Assembly (NCBI RefSeq): GCF_048403405.1
Contig: NZ_CP183129.1
Direction: 5' to 3' (one strand)
DNA: 64,000 bases
DNA from: Escherichia coli
GTDB lineage: Bacteria > Pseudomonadota > Gammaproteobacteria > Enterobacterales > Enterobacteriaceae
The notes below the pieces were generated by a model. The model did no database searches. It had not been told where the DNA came from and saw only the letters and a list, made by a program, of their open reading frames with translations. The translations under genes and the position numbers were made by a program. This document shows, in pieces, positions 42,590-53,145 of the stretch (positions are counted from its first letter, which is position 1; every line of letters starts with the position of its first letter).

Positions 42590-43501
42590 ATGGATGACTG
42601 TGGTGCGGTTTTGCATAATATTGAAACAAAATGGCTTTATGATTTTCTGACCCTGGAAAAATGCCGCAACTTTTCCCAGGCGGCAGTCAGTCGCAACGTC
42701 TCGCAACCGGCATTCAGCCGCCGCATCCGTGCACTGGAACAGGCGATTGGCGTTGAATTATTTAACCGCCAGGTGACGCCGCTGCAACTCTCGGAACAAG
42801 GGAAAATCTTTCATTCGCAGATCCGCCATCTGTTGCAACAGTTAGAAAGCAACCTGGCAGAGCTGCGTGGCGGCAGCGATTATGCGCAACGTAAAATCAA
42901 GATTGCCGCTGCACACTCTCTTTCCCTCGGTCTGTTACCGTCCATTATCAGCCAGATGCCGCCGCTCTTTACCTGGGCGATTGAAGCCATTGATGTCGAT
43001 GAAGCGGTCGATAAACTGCGTGAAGGGCAAAGTGACTGTATTTTTTCCTTTCACGACGAAGATTTGCTGGAAGCGCCGTTTGACCACATTCGCTTATTTG
43101 AATCTCAATTGTTCCCCGTCTGCGCCAGTGACGAACACGGAGAAGCACTGTTTACCCTCGCGCAGCCACACTTTCCGTTACTGAATTACAGCCGCAACTC
43201 CTACATGGGGCGATTGATTAATCGCACCCTGACGCGCCACAGCGAGTTAAGTTTCAGCACCTTTTTTGTCTCTTCGATGAGCGAGCTATTAAAGCAGGTT
43301 GCCCTCGACGGCTGTGGGATTGCCTGGCTGCCGGAATACGCCATCCAACAAGAAATTCGCAGCGGGCAGCTCGTTGTACTGAATCGGGAAGAACTGGTGA
43401 TCCCGATTCAGGCCTACGCATACAGGATGAACACCCGTATGAATCCCGTTGCCGAACGCTTCTGGCGTGAACTGCGCGAACTGGAGATTGTGCTTAGCTG
43501 A
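42590..43501 (+). CDS. hypT: LysR-family hypochlorite-responsive transcription factor
   Basis: 303 aa; N-terminal LysR HTH ([29 protein letters not shown]); recognised as YjiE/HypT. Confidence 0.85.
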   Translation: MDDCGAVLHNIETKWLYDFLTLEKCRNFSQAAVSRNVSQPAFSRRIRALEQAIGVELFNRQVTPLQLSEQGKIFHSQIRHLLQQLESNLAELRGGSDYAQRKIKIAAAHSLSLGLLPSIISQMPPLFTWAIEAIDVDEAVDKLREGQSDCIFSFHDEDLLEAPFDHIRLFESQLFPVCASDEHGEALFTLAQPHFPLLNYSRNSYMGRLINRTLTRHSELSFSTFFVSSMSELLKQVALDGCGIAWLPEYAIQQEIRSGQLVVLNREELVIPIQAYAYRMNTRMNPVAERFWRELRELEIVLS

Positions 43502-43886
43502 CATTCTCCAGCGTCGCACTACGCCAACCGCCATTATCCCAGACCAGATCAAACGTTAGCGGTTCATCGTCGTGGTACAGCATTATCTCAAGGCTGATCG
43601 CCAGCGTGTGGCTGTACGCTTCTTTCAAATTGACCTGCAACGCCGCAATCCGTGGCTCATGAAATAACAGTGCAGAACGCAGCTGACGGCAATACCAGCT
43701 CTGAAGATGTTTGTCGCTCGGGTTATGCAGTTGCCACTCGGGCATGCCTGAAACAAGTAATGACGGTAATGCCGAATGAGGAGAATTAAAAAGAGTGAGG
43801 AGATCGCTGCATACCGATTTACGCAGCAATGACGTTTTATTGCCTGAAATTTCAGGTAAAACAGCCTGAAGTGATTGGCGCATCAT
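43494..43886 (-). CDS. iraD: Anti-adaptor protein stabilising RpoS
   Basis: 130 aa from the internal Met ([15 protein letters not shown]...); the ORF track gives 133 aa; 3' end overlaps the hypT 3' end by 8 bp. Confidence 0.8.
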   Translation of the reverse strand: MMRQSLQAVLPEISGNKTSLLRKSVCSDLLTLFNSPHSALPSLLVSGMPEWQLHNPSDKHLQSWYCRQLRSALLFHEPRIAALQVNLKEAYSHTLAISLEIMLYHDDEPLTFDLVWDNGGWRSATLENVS

Positions 43887-44558
43887 TTTGCGCACTCCTG
43901 ACGTTTAGCAACATATGCGGCTTGCCCTGAACACCGGGCACCACTGTATTGATGCTCATTTTCCATAGCCATTCCCTTTTGTTCATTACATCCATGTCAC
44001 TCTGAGACAGGCCTGAATCCTGTCAGCAAAGTATAAAACCTTACTTGCCTATGAATATCTACTGACTTTTCAGGAAAAAAGTCATGATTTGATAAAAATC
44101 ATCAAACTCAAAAAAAAACTGCTAGTATATTCTGAATATTCCGAATAGTTACGTAGATGAAAATACTTGTCACCGTCGCTACATAATCCCGGAAAGCAAT
44201 TATTTATCTTCGCATAATCAGCCATGTATTATTTGAAACAATTAGTTTGTAAATAATATAAATTGATAACATATCAAATACATCAAAAATACCATTCACA
44301 GGCATTATTAATATAGACATCAATATAGCAACATCAAATTCCAATTAGTAATAAGATATGCTTTTAAATTGCATGCAAATAATTTTAAATGAGCGTTTTT
44401 TGATACTTTATAGTGTTTCCCACCCTTTAATATCACCGTGTAGAGTTGATATCACTACAACAGAAACATGCATGTCATTTGTTTACTTCTCTTTTTACTA
44501 CAGAAAAATTTATCTATTTTTCTAAACATCATTGAAATACTCATAAAAGGTAACTATT

Positions 44559-45389
44559 ATGTCTATGCCATTAAGCAATGCCGCTAATAACCAATTCAAT
44601 ACAAATAATCACTTCCTTCATCACCCAAAAGTCGACAATGAGTTAACACGTCGATATGAATATGCACGCATGGATACGGAAAATATCTATCTTCTGCCTC
44701 TTACTCGTGGCAATAACCATAATTACGATGGAAAAAGCGTTGTCGAAATTAGAAAACTTAATATTGGCAAACAGTCCTGGCCATTTAATTATGTAACAGA
44801 AACATGCAGCGAATTCAATGGTATTACAACAACAGGGCGTATGCTCTATCGAAACTTGAAAATCACCTCAGCTTTAGACGAAATATATGGTGGTATATGT
44901 AAAAAGGCGCATGCTGCCACAGAGTTAGCAGAAGGTTTACGGCTAAATTTATTTATGAAGAGCCCTTTCGATCCTGTTGAGGACTATACAGTTCATGAAA
45001 TAACATTAGGCCCTGGTTGCAATGTTCCTGGTTATGCCGGAACCACGATAGGATATATTTCAACCCTTCCAGCTTCTCAGGCAAAAAGATGGACCAATGA
45101 GCAGCCAAGAATTGATATCTATATTGATCAGATAATAACTGTCTCAGGGGTGGCAAATTCTTCCGGATTCGCCCTTGCCGCATTACTTAATGCTAATATT
45201 GGAATGGGAAATGACCCAATAATTGGTATAGAAGCCTATCCCGGTACCGCGGAGATCCATGCAAAAATGGGATATAAAGTTATCCCCGGTGATGAAGATG
45301 CAAAACTCAAACGTATGACTTTGCAACCGTCATCTCTTCCAGAGCTGTTTGAATTAAAAAATGGTGAATGGAATTATATTGGTAAATAA
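44559..45389 (+). CDS. yjiC: Uncharacterised protein YjiC
   Basis: 276-aa ORF in a markedly AT-rich segment, preceded by about 650 bp of AT-rich non-coding DNA. Confidence 0.75.
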   Translation: MSMPLSNAANNQFNTNNHFLHHPKVDNELTRRYEYARMDTENIYLLPLTRGNNHNYDGKSVVEIRKLNIGKQSWPFNYVTETCSEFNGITTTGRMLYRNLKITSALDEIYGGICKKAHAATELAEGLRLNLFMKSPFDPVEDYTVHEITLGPGCNVPGYAGTTIGYISTLPASQAKRWTNEQPRIDIYIDQIITVSGVANSSGFALAALLNANIGMGNDPIIGIEAYPGTAEIHAKMGYKVIPGDEDAKLKRMTLQPSSLPELFELKNGEWNYIGK

Positions 45390-45489
45390 CTACCAGGAAC
45401 AATGAGTACTAATATTCAGGTTATACAGATAGTTAAACAATACCCTGCAATTTAGAAAGTAATACTCATTGCGACTTCTTAATTTAAGA

Positions 45490-45518
45490 AAGCGCAAGGA
45501 ATGTTTACCCTTGCGCTT
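45490..45518. terminator. Hairpin terminator between convergent yjiC and uxuR
   Basis: aagcgcaagg-aatgtttac-ccttgcgctt stem-loop with flanking A/T runs on both sides. Confidence 0.45.
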
Positions 45519-45529
45519 ATCATAATAAG

Positions 45530-46303
45530 TCAGGCGTCGACTTTATCCAGCGGCCATGAATCAAACAGATAGCCGTCAAAATAAATATCGTCAACGTTCG
45601 AGAATTCCAGCAGACGTTGTTTAACGTTTTCCAGATGCTGCCACATTGCCAGCTTCGCCGCTCGGGCATCTTTTTTGATTAACGCGGCGAGGATCTGTTT
45701 GTGATCGCCCAACCACTCTTTGCGATACAGGCTGTCATCCAGATGGCTGTGCAACTGGATCCACATCGGATTGTTTTCCCGCCACTGCCAGGACTGACGG
45801 AATAGCTCCACCAGCATGCTGTTATGCGTCGCTTCGGCAATGGCGAGATGGAACTGCATGTCACCACTTTCGCTGCTGCCCGGCGCGCTGGAAGCAAGCT
45901 CACGCTCTTCCAGTTGCAATGCCTGACGCATTTTGACGATATCTTCGCGGGTAGCCTGCAGGGCGGCAAATTCCGCGATGTTACTTTCCAGTAACTGACG
46001 CGCCTGTAACAGCTCAAAAGGACCGGCATCATTGCAGACGTTGGCATCCGGACTGTCTGTGTTGTGGCTCCCTGAGCTATCAAGAACATAAATACCGGCA
46101 CCCCGGCGCACTTCCACCAGCCCTTTGATCTCCAGCATGATCAGCGCTTCACGTACCACCGTCCGCGTGACATCAAGCATTTCTGCAATTTCACGCTCCG
46201 GCGGCAGCCGTTCGCCAGGATTGTACGGCGTCTTTATGATCAGATCGCGGATCATCGCCCCGACTTCCTGGTAAGGTCTTTGCGCAGAGGTGACAGATTT
46301 CAT
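45530..46303 (-). CDS. uxuR: GntR/FadR-family repressor of hexuronate utilisation
   Basis: 257 aa; GntR HTH (EREIAEMLDVTRTVVREALIMLEIKGLVEVRRGAGIYV) and FCD domain. Confidence 0.9.
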   Translation of the reverse strand: MKSVTSAQRPYQEVGAMIRDLIIKTPYNPGERLPPEREIAEMLDVTRTVVREALIMLEIKGLVEVRRGAGIYVLDSSGSHNTDSPDANVCNDAGPFELLQARQLLESNIAEFAALQATREDIVKMRQALQLEERELASSAPGSSESGDMQFHLAIAEATHNSMLVELFRQSWQWRENNPMWIQLHSHLDDSLYRKEWLGDHKQILAALIKKDARAAKLAMWQHLENVKQRLLEFSNVDDIYFDGYLFDSWPLDKVDA

Positions 46304-46339
46304 GGTGTTGTGTCCGTTAGGTGCGGTTAATCAAATTTT

Positions 46340-46374
46340 GCCGGATGCGGCGTGAATGCCTTATCCGGCCTACA
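46340..46374. repeat. REP-like palindromic element
   Basis: gccggatgcggcgtgaatgccttatccggcctac in the uxuB-uxuR spacer. Confidence 0.5.
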
Positions 46375-46516
46375 ACGGGCAATTTTACGGCACCCGTTAA
46401 TCTCAAACTATACCATTAGCACTGGAAGTTGGCACGTACAGGTGGGCAAAAAAACGAAAACTGGTCAACCAAATATCAGTTTGATTGACCAGTAAGTCTG
46501 TAGGGTAATCAGTTAG

Positions 46517-47977
46517 TTACAGCGCAGCCACACACTCGCGCGCACCGCGTTCGCACAACTGCTGATATGCCGCCGTCACCGCGCCAACAAAGTCGGCATT
46601 CTGCGGCAGGTCATCGGCAAAAATACCGCTCAGGCCCAGCAGTGCTTTCACGCGGTCTGCGCCCTGATACTGCGCGTTAATCTTATGGAACTCGGCCAGC
46701 ATCGGGTCAACCACGTCAATGGCATTACCCTGTTCATCCACGCCCTGGGTGTAGCGCATCCAGCCAGCCACGCCCAGTGCCAGGTGACGCCAGCTGCCGC
46801 CGTTTTGCAGATGCAGACGCACCGGATCCAGCAGACGCTGCGGTAACTTCTGGCTGCCGTCCATCGCAATCTGCCAGGTACGGTGACGCAGAGACGGGTT
46901 ACTGAAACGCTCGATCAGCAGAGTCGCATAGGCGTTCAGGTCTGTACCTTCCGGCATCGACAGCGTTGGCGCTTGTTCCTGCATCATCAGGGCAAAGGCC
47001 GCTTTGCGATAATCCGGATTAGTCATGGTGTCGGCAATAGTTTCATAGCCGCCGAGGTAACCGAGGTACGCCAGGAAAGAGTGGCTGCCGTTAAGCATGC
47101 GCAGTTTCATCATTTCGAACGGCACAACGTCTGCAACGAACTGTGCGCCCACTTTATCCCAGTCCGGACGACCATTAACGAAGTTATCTTCAATCACCCA
47201 CTGACGGAACGGTTCGCAGGCAATGGCGCACGGGTCGTAAACACCCAGCTGGTCAGCAATTTCCTGTAAGGTTTCTGGCGTCGCCGCCGGAACGATGCGG
47301 TCAACCATGGTGCACGGGAAGGTGACGTTCTCTTCAATCCATGCCGCCAGCTGTGGATCACGCGCCTGAGCCAGCCCCAGTACCGCGACCTTCGCCACAT
47401 GACCGTTTTCACGCACGTTATCGCAGGACATCACCGTAAATGCTTTCAGCCCTTTTTCACGACGCAGACGCAAGGCTTCGACGATGTAACCAATCGCGGA
47501 CTTCGGCGCAGTCGGGTTTTCCAGATCGTGCTTGATCAGCGGGTTATTGAGATCCAGCTGACCGCTTGCCGCATCGGCGCAATAACCTTTCTCTGTGACC
47601 GTCAGGGAGACAATCGCCGTCTGCGGACGCGCCATCGCGTTGAGAATACCTTCACAACCGTCGATTTCCGGATGCAGGGCTTCTTTCATCGAACCGATAA
47701 TTTTCAACTCGGTGCTTTCTGCGCCTTTTTCCGCCACGGTGTACAGCAGTTGCTGTTTTTTCAGGTTTTCGATCAGCACGCGGTCGTTACCTGGCATCAG
47801 GTTAACTTCGCAGATACCCCAGTCGCTGTCGGTGCTTTCCAGCAGATGATGGGTATACAGCGCCTGGTGCGCGCGGTGAAACGCCCCGCAACCGAGATGC
47901 ACAATGCGTGATTCCAGACGAGAATGATCCCATGACGGGCGGGCAACCGGCAGATTGCTGTCAACAATAGTAGTCAT
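46517..47977 (-). CDS. uxuB: D-mannonate oxidoreductase (fructuronate reductase)
   Basis: 486 aa mannitol-dehydrogenase-family protein. Confidence 0.95.
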   Translation of the reverse strand: MTTIVDSNLPVARPSWDHSRLESRIVHLGCGAFHRAHQALYTHHLLESTDSDWGICEVNLMPGNDRVLIENLKKQQLLYTVAEKGAESTELKIIGSMKEALHPEIDGCEGILNAMARPQTAIVSLTVTEKGYCADAASGQLDLNNPLIKHDLENPTAPKSAIGYIVEALRLRREKGLKAFTVMSCDNVRENGHVAKVAVLGLAQARDPQLAAWIEENVTFPCTMVDRIVPAATPETLQEIADQLGVYDPCAIACEPFRQWVIEDNFVNGRPDWDKVGAQFVADVVPFEMMKLRMLNGSHSFLAYLGYLGGYETIADTMTNPDYRKAAFALMMQEQAPTLSMPEGTDLNAYATLLIERFSNPSLRHRTWQIAMDGSQKLPQRLLDPVRLHLQNGGSWRHLALGVAGWMRYTQGVDEQGNAIDVVDPMLAEFHKINAQYQGADRVKALLGLSGIFADDLPQNADFVGAVTAAYQQLCERGARECVAAL

Positions 47978-48057
47978 CGTAAACTCCAGAATCCGTCTTC
48001 AGAGAGTGACGGCAAGGAAGAAGGAACCGGCACGGCGCGCAGCCATGCCGGTGGATA

Positions 48058-49242
48058 TTAACGGCTAAAGAAAGCGCGCTGGATCGCCAGTTCGACACCG
48101 CGAACTTCGGCCAGGCCTTTCAGACGACCAATTGCGGAGTAACCTGGGTTGGTTTTCTTCTTCAGGTCGTCCAGCATCTGATGACCGTGGTCCGGACGCA
48201 TCGGGATCAGGTCTTCTTTGCCTTCCGCTTTACGACGGTGTTCTTCTTCAACAATCGCTTTCACCACTTCGTACATATCAACGTCACCGTTCAGGTGCGC
48301 CGCTTCGTGGAAGGTTTTCGGGTTATCTTCACGCATGGTGGAGCGCAGGTGGGTGAAGTAAATACGCGGACCGAACTGCTTGATCATATCAACCAGATCG
48401 TTGTCAGCACGCACGCCGTAGGAACCTGTGCACATGGTAAAACCGTTCGCCATGCTGTTTACGGTATCAACCATCCACTGCATATCTTCAATGGTGGAAA
48501 CAATGCGCGGCAGGCCGAGGATCGGGCGCGGCGGATCGTCCGGGTGAACAGCCATACGCACGCCGACTTCTTCGGCAACCGGAATAATCGCTTTCAGGAA
48601 GACAGCGAAGTTTTCGCGCAGTTTGGCTTTGTCGATATCTTTGTACAGCTCCAGGTGCTTACGGAACTGGTCGAGGGTATACCCTTCTTCCGCGCCCGGC
48701 AGACCGGCAATGATGTTACGGGTCAGACGCGCTTTGTCTTCGTCGCTCATAGTCGCGAAGCGTTCAGCTGCCTGAGCAATTTCTTCTTCGGTGTAATCCG
48801 CTTCCGCGCCTGGACGTTTCAGGATATGCATTTCGAATGCAGCGAATTCGATCTGGTCGAAGCGCAGAGCTTTGGAGCCGTCTGGCAGCACGTATTCGAG
48901 GTCAGTACGGGTCCAGTCGAGCACCGGCATGAAGTTGTAGCACACGGTGCGAATGCCGCACTGCGCCAGGTTGCGCAGAGTCTGCTGATAGTTAGCGATC
49001 CACTGCTCGTAGTTGCCAGTGTGGGTTTTGATATCTTCGTGAATTGGCACGCTTTCTACGACAGACCACACCAGGCCTGCATCTTCAACGATCGCCTTGC
49101 GTTTGAGGATCTCTTCTACGGACCATACTTCGCCGTTCGGGATATGGTGCAGCGCGGTAACCACGCCAGTTGCGCCCGCCTGACGGACATCAGCTAAAGA
49201 AACCGGATCGTTTGGGCCGTACCAGCGCCAGGTCTGTTCCAT
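48058..49242 (-). CDS. uxuA: Mannonate dehydratase
   Basis: 394 aa from the internal Met ([16 protein letters not shown]...); the ORF-track start at 49278 is 12 codons upstream. Confidence 0.9.
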
Positions 49243-49404
49243 GATTTTTCCTCTTTCACATAGTGGGTTCCACAGCAAAGAGACGTGGAGCCCCGGAGTT
49301 GTTTAGGTATCCGGATGAACAACCAGACCGCAGCCGTGGCGTTGCATCGGATGAGATGGCGTATAAGTTCTACCTTTTGGTAAGACATGTCAACCCGAAT
49401 TCTA

Positions 49405-49420
49405 AAATTGGTTAACCACA
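49405..49420. promoter_or_regulatory. GntR-type palindromic operator (candidate UxuR/ExuR site) near the uxuA promoter
   Basis: AAATTGGTTAACCACA containing the palindrome TGGTTAACCA. Confidence 0.5.
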
Positions 49421-49512
49421 TCACAAGAATTTCACTCTCCTGGTTGTTGCTGCAAATTGCAGCAAAGGGTAATCGATGGTTATTGATCAGAGGATGTGAC
49501 ATTCATCGCAAC

Positions 49513-49527
49513 AATGGTTGACCAATT
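49513..49527. promoter_or_regulatory. Second GntR-type palindromic operator near the gntP promoter
   Basis: AATGGTTGACCAATT (imperfect palindrome TTGGTCAACCATT), about 55 bp upstream of the gntP start. Confidence 0.45.
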
Positions 49528-49581
49528 TACATAACATGTCGCCCAAAATAACAACGGTTCAACCAGGTAAGGTAAAACGTT

Positions 49582-50925
49582 ATGCATGTGCTTAACATTC
49601 TCTGGGTGGTATTCGGCATTGGTCTGATGCTGGTACTGAATTTGAAGTTCAAAATCAATTCAATGGTGGCTTTGTTGGTGGCGGCGCTGTCCGTCGGGAT
49701 GCTGGCGGGCATGGATTTGATGTCGCTGCTGCACACCATGAAAGCGGGCTTCGGCAACACGCTGGGGGAACTGGCTATCATCGTGGTGTTCGGTGCGGTC
49801 ATCGGTAAATTGATGGTCGACTCCGGCGCGGCGCACCAGATAGCGCATACGCTGCTGGCGCGTCTCGGTCTGCGCTATGTACAGCTGTCGGTGATTATCA
49901 TCGGCCTGATTTTCGGTCTGGCGATGTTTTATGAAGTGGCCTTTATCATGTTAGCGCCGCTGGTTATTGTTATTGCCGCCGAAGCTAAAATTCCGTTCCT
50001 GAAACTGGCGATCCCGGCAGTAGCAGCTGCCACTACCGCACATTCACTGTTCCCACCGCAGCCGGGTCCGGTGGCGCTGGTGAATGCTTATGGCGCGGAT
50101 ATGGGGATGGTTTATATCTATGGCGTACTGGTGACGATCCCAAGTGTCATCTGCGCAGGTCTGATCCTGCCGAAGTTCCTCGGCAATCTTGAGCGCCCAA
50201 CGCCATCATTCCTGAAAGCAGATCAACCGGTAGATATGAATAATCTGCCCTCTTTCGGCGTTTCGATTCTGGTGCCGCTGATCCCGGCGATCATTATGAT
50301 CTCTACCACCATCGCCAATATCTGGCTGGTAAAAGATACCCCTGCCTGGGAAGTGGTTAACTTTATCGGTTCCTCGCCGATTGCAATGTTTATTGCGATG
50401 GTGGTTGCATTCGTACTCTTCGGCACCGCGCGCGGGCACGATATGCAGTGGGTGATGAACGCTTTTGAAAGCGCGGTGAAGAGTATTGCAATGGTGATTC
50501 TGATCATCGGTGCGGGTGGCGTGCTGAAGCAGACCATCATCGACACCGGCATTGGCGACACCATCGGCATGTTGATGTCCCACGGCAATATCTCGCCCTA
50601 CATCATGGCATGGCTGATCACCGTACTGATTCGTCTGGCGACGGGTCAGGGTGTCGTTTCGGCGATGACCGCTGCCGGGATTATCAGTGCAGCAATCCTT
50701 GATCCAGCAACTGGTCAGCTGGTTGGCGTGAATCCGGCGCTGCTGGTACTGGCGACGGCTGCGGGTTCCAACACCCTCACCCACATTAACGATGCATCTT
50801 TCTGGTTGTTCAAAGGTTACTTTGACCTGTCAGTAAAAGATACGTTGAAAACCTGGGGTCTGCTGGAGCTGGTCAACTCCGTGGTTGGGCTGATTATTGT
50901 GCTGATTATTAGCATGGTAGCGTAA
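49582..50925 (+). CDS. gntP: GntP-family gluconate/fructuronate permease
   Basis: 447 aa polytopic membrane protein, divergent from uxuA. Confidence 0.9.
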
Positions 50926-50989
50926 AAGAACACCTGAGCCTGCCATTGGCAGGCTCTGACTGATGACAAAGTCTAAAAATGTGCCCGGC

Positions 50990-51110
50990 CAGTCCCCTCG
51001 CCCCTCCGGGGAGAGGGTTAGGGTGAGGGGAACAGACCAGCAAAGTGCGCTTTGTTTATGCCAGATGCGACGCTGACGCGTCTTATCTGGCCTACAAAGG
51101 GCTAACGTGC
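50990..51110. repeat. Clustered repetitive extragenic elements (BIME-like: gagggg-rich unit plus REP)
   Basis: cccctcgcccctccggggagagggttagggtgaggggaa followed by tgccagatgcgacgctgacgcgtcttatctggcctac. Confidence 0.5.
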
Positions 51111-51167
51111 AGGTTTTTAGCTTCAGGTAATATTGCGTACCTGCATTAGCAATGTCCTGTGATTTCT

Positions 51168-52070
51168 TTATTGATAAACAAAAGTCACGCCAATAATCGA
51201 TTGCACATTCCCTGCAGTCACCTGCCCTCCGGTACGTGCGTAATTTGCCGTTAATCCCAGACTTACCGCCGAAGTCCCTACTGCTCCTAACGATACCGTG
51301 TTATTCGCTGGAATAATCGTACCGTTGCGTGTCAACTGTACGCCGACGCCCTGCGCTGGTGAAAACGAGGCGGTATTGGTGAAAATCGAGTTGCCCGCAT
51401 CTGCGGTTGTGCCGGAGAGGTAATACCCCAGGTTTTGGCTTTTCGCACAATAAACGGTAAGAGGAATTGGCACTGAACCAGGGTAGTCCGGCAGAGTAAC
51501 GGTGACATCACGAGCAGAAACATCGCAGCCGCCAGTGGGCACCACCACATCATTATTGGCGTAAATATTCCACACAAACTGAAAATCATCGCTGTTATAG
51601 TTGTTGGTCTGTCGCAAAATAAGCACGGCAATTAATGAACCAGCTTTAATCGCCACCCCGCCCGCACTGCTCACAGGCGTCAAATAAAGCGCCACCGGCC
51701 ACGGCTTATCCGTTCTCGAATTATAAACAACGCGCGGCGTTTCGCTGGTGGTCGGAAATGGATAGCTACTGCCACTATATTTTACGGTCCCGGAAAAATT
51801 AGATAACACGCCGCCGTAAGCCGAGCCTCGTTGCAGTGTGACATAGTCTGTAATGGTTTCCGGGTAATCGTTATGGCAAAAGATTTGCGTCGAAAGATCT
51901 ACGACCAGGTTTTGCCCCACATTCACGGCGGGCGCAAGGTTTACATAAACATTGGCGCTGCCACCGCCAATAGGGATAGCGGTGCCATTGGCGGTTTTAC
52001 AGGCGAATGACCAGGCATTTACCGACCAGCCCATCAGCAGTACAGCAAACAGGGTAATAACTCGTTTCAT
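51168..52070 (-). CDS. fimH: Type 1 fimbrial tip adhesin (mannose-binding)
   Basis: 300 aa from MKRVITLFAVLLMGWSVNAWSFACKTANGTAIPIGGGSANVYVNLAP... Confidence 0.9.
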   Translation of the reverse strand: MKRVITLFAVLLMGWSVNAWSFACKTANGTAIPIGGGSANVYVNLAPAVNVGQNLVVDLSTQIFCHNDYPETITDYVTLQRGSAYGGVLSNFSGTVKYSGSSYPFPTTSETPRVVYNSRTDKPWPVALYLTPVSSAGGVAIKAGSLIAVLILRQTNNYNSDDFQFVWNIYANNDVVVPTGGCDVSARDVTVTLPDYPGSVPIPLTVYCAKSQNLGYYLSGTTADAGNSIFTNTASFSPAQGVGVQLTRNGTIIPANNTVSLGAVGTSAVSLGLTANYARTGGQVTAGNVQSIIGVTFVYQ

Positions 52071-52089
52071 TACAATCATCTCTTCGGGT

Positions 52090-52593
52090 TCAGCTGTAGG
52101 TATAGGTGATGCTAATCACTGCCTGAATGGTTCCCTGAGTGGCTCTGCCATTTACCGTCAATGCTCTGACCTGTAACGGGAAGTGCGCTGATTGTGAGGA
52201 ATCATCCACCTGAACTGTTTTGGTTGCGCCAGTATTCAATGTGTTGCCACTGTCATCCTGTAGCTCTAACTGGATGTTTTGCGCGGTCCCCTGGTTTTTA
52301 TAATATCCGGTACTGTCGGCTGCCCCGCTGAAGCTGGCAGTGACCCTCGACGTTCCCACCGGACAATTAGTCAACTCAAGCGCAACATCATGCCAGGCCG
52401 ATGCCGCCCCGGCAGACATCAGACTGAAAGAATAAAGATCGCCGAGATCTACCGTGGCATTGGTGGTGGAAACCGTGCACGGTTTGGCGACGACCTTACC
52501 GTTCACCGTGATGGTGACATCGGCTGCCTGTATCGTCGCACTTGCGAGCGCCAATATTGCCGCCAATAAATACCCACGTTTGCGCCATTTCAT
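52090..52593 (-). CDS. fimG: Type 1 fimbrial minor subunit
   Basis: 167 aa from MKWRKRGYLLAAILALASA... Confidence 0.9.
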   Translation of the reverse strand: MKWRKRGYLLAAILALASATIQAADVTITVNGKVVAKPCTVSTTNATVDLGDLYSFSLMSAGAASAWHDVALELTNCPVGTSRVTASFSGAADSTGYYKNQGTAQNIQLELQDDSGNTLNTGATKTVQVDDSSQSAHFPLQVRALTVNGRATQGTIQAVISITYTYS

Positions 52594-52605
52594 GAGCATC
52601 TCCAG

Positions 52606-53136
52606 TTACTGATATTCAAGAGTGAAGGTAGCCGTGGCATTGATATGCCCTGCAGTGACAGGCACCTGTGTCGCCATTAGCCGGGCGTAAAAATTCAGCG
52701 TATTTGGTTTACCCGGCGTCAGGGTCGTCCACGAAATCGCGGACGATGGGGCATTAAGGGGTATCTGATTTTGTTGCTCATTCAGAAGCTGTATTCCCAG
52801 TCCCGCAGCCGCTGACACCGTATTTTCAAGTGCAAGCAGGTTGGCATTGTGGCTATCTGCAACACCGGTAAACCCAACTTTTACGGCAGAAACGGCATTA
52901 CCACAGGGTGACAGCAAAATACGAAATGGAACGACAGGAGTCGTCGCGCCAATGTTGTTAAATTGCTTCGCCGCGTTTTCCATCAGATCAACAGTAAAAT
53001 TGGTTGATTCAGCGGCCACACTACAGCCGTTATCTCTGACATAGCCGCGGATAGTAATCGTGCTATCCGCAGCCAAAGCGTGACTTACCGCCAGCCACAA
53101 AAAAGCGCACAGAAGATAAAAAGGTTTGTTTCTCAT
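52606..53136 (-). CDS. fimF: Type 1 fimbrial minor subunit
   Basis: 176 aa from [22 protein letters not shown]... Confidence 0.9.
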   Translation of the reverse strand: MRNKPFYLLCAFLWLAVSHALAADSTITIRGYVRDNGCSVAAESTNFTVDLMENAAKQFNNIGATTPVVPFRILLSPCGNAVSAVKVGFTGVADSHNANLLALENTVSAAAGLGIQLLNEQQNQIPLNAPSSAISWTTLTPGKPNTLNFYARLMATQVPVTAGHINATATFTLEYQ

Positions 53137-53145
53137 CACGCCCCC

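Noticed and set aside
47399-47911. 170-aa plus-strand ORF antisense to uxuB (and similar antisense ORFs within tsr, pac, fimD, hpaB)
   Set aside because: All lie inside confidently identified genes on the other strand and show no start-site context; treated as non-coding.
48181-49197. 338-aa plus-strand ORF antisense to uxuA
   Set aside because: Embedded in uxuA, whose product is unmistakable; antisense frame artefact.
50938-50956. Palindrome gcctgccattggcaggc immediately after gntP as an intrinsic terminator
   Set aside because: Good stem but no downstream T-tract on either strand; more likely part of the REP/BIME cluster or a Rho-dependent or processing site.
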